Below, in pieces: positions 63,884 through 64,000 of a DNA stretch of 64,000 nucleotides. Source of the stretch: an uncultured virus (IMG/VR IMGVR_UViG_3300025674_000003) (lineage: Duplodnaviria; Heunggongvirae; Uroviricota; Caudoviricetes; Crassvirales); IMG/VR virus record IMGVR_UViG_3300025674_000003; one strand, given 5' to 3'. Within the stretch, counting starts at the first letter, position 1, and every line of letters starts with the position of its first letter. A program made the translations under genes and the position numbers. The notes beneath the pieces are model-generated. The model searched no databases and had not been told where the DNA came from. It was given only the letters and a program-made list of their open reading frames with translations.

Positions 63884-64000
63884 CGCATTTTTTTGATGGA
63901 TCATCAACTCTTCTCCAGTCTTCTTTTTCAAACCAGTCACGTAATGTAGCGCCTTTTTTACGAGCGCCTTTTACATTAGTCTTTGATGATCTTTTATATT
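63884..64000. repeat. Terminal direct repeat / circular assembly overlap (copy 2)
   Basis: Identical to 1-117. Confidence 0.97.

Noticed and set aside
63875..63940. Upstream extension of ORF 63569-63940
   Set aside because: Overlaps the end of the junction-spanning gene; ATG 63874 follows that gene's stop
1..64000. Alternative genetic code or prophage state
   Set aside because: Standard-code ORFs are long and densely packed; no suppressor tRNA, integrase or flanking host genes

Overview
The window is essentially one complete, AT-rich (about 30% GC by eye) dsDNA phage genome of 63,883 bp; bases 1-117 recur exactly at 63884-64000. The layout is podovirus-like (no tape measure, sheath or integrase). 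The host is very probably a gliding Flavobacteriia/Bacteroidota bacterium, given a GldL homologue, a Fib_succ_major domain and starts without Shine-Dalgarno sequences. Two arms diverge from a non-coding region at 10316-10718. The + arm (10719-27526) carries small early genes, an RNA cluster, a sigma factor, ERF/exonuclease/SSB, primase-helicase, a dCMP-type thymidylate-synthase-family enzyme, MazG-like proteins, a resolvase and class Ia RNR, but no recognisable DNA polymerase. The - arm carries tail fibres, GroEL/GroES, small basic proteins, holin, terminase, portal, capsid, tail, ejection proteins and endolysin. The most notable observations are: (1) eight exactly spaced early-promoter-like motifs CGGACT-N16-AGATAATA, plus a sigma-region-2-like segment and a zincin motif inside the 2452-aa putative ejection protein, suggesting a virion-delivered sigma-like factor; (2) a 111-nt tmRNA tRNA-like domain with G3.U70 but no tag reading frame, inside a structured-RNA cluster; (3) a 216-codon lipoprotein-like ORF overprinted on a GC-rich stretch of terL; (4) a phage-encoded GldL/PorL homologue; (5) three 42-43 bp TGACA...TGTCA operator/origin-like sites linked to an HTH gene; (6) a probable cytosine-modification pathway. 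All family calls are by-eye motif recognition; no searches were run.
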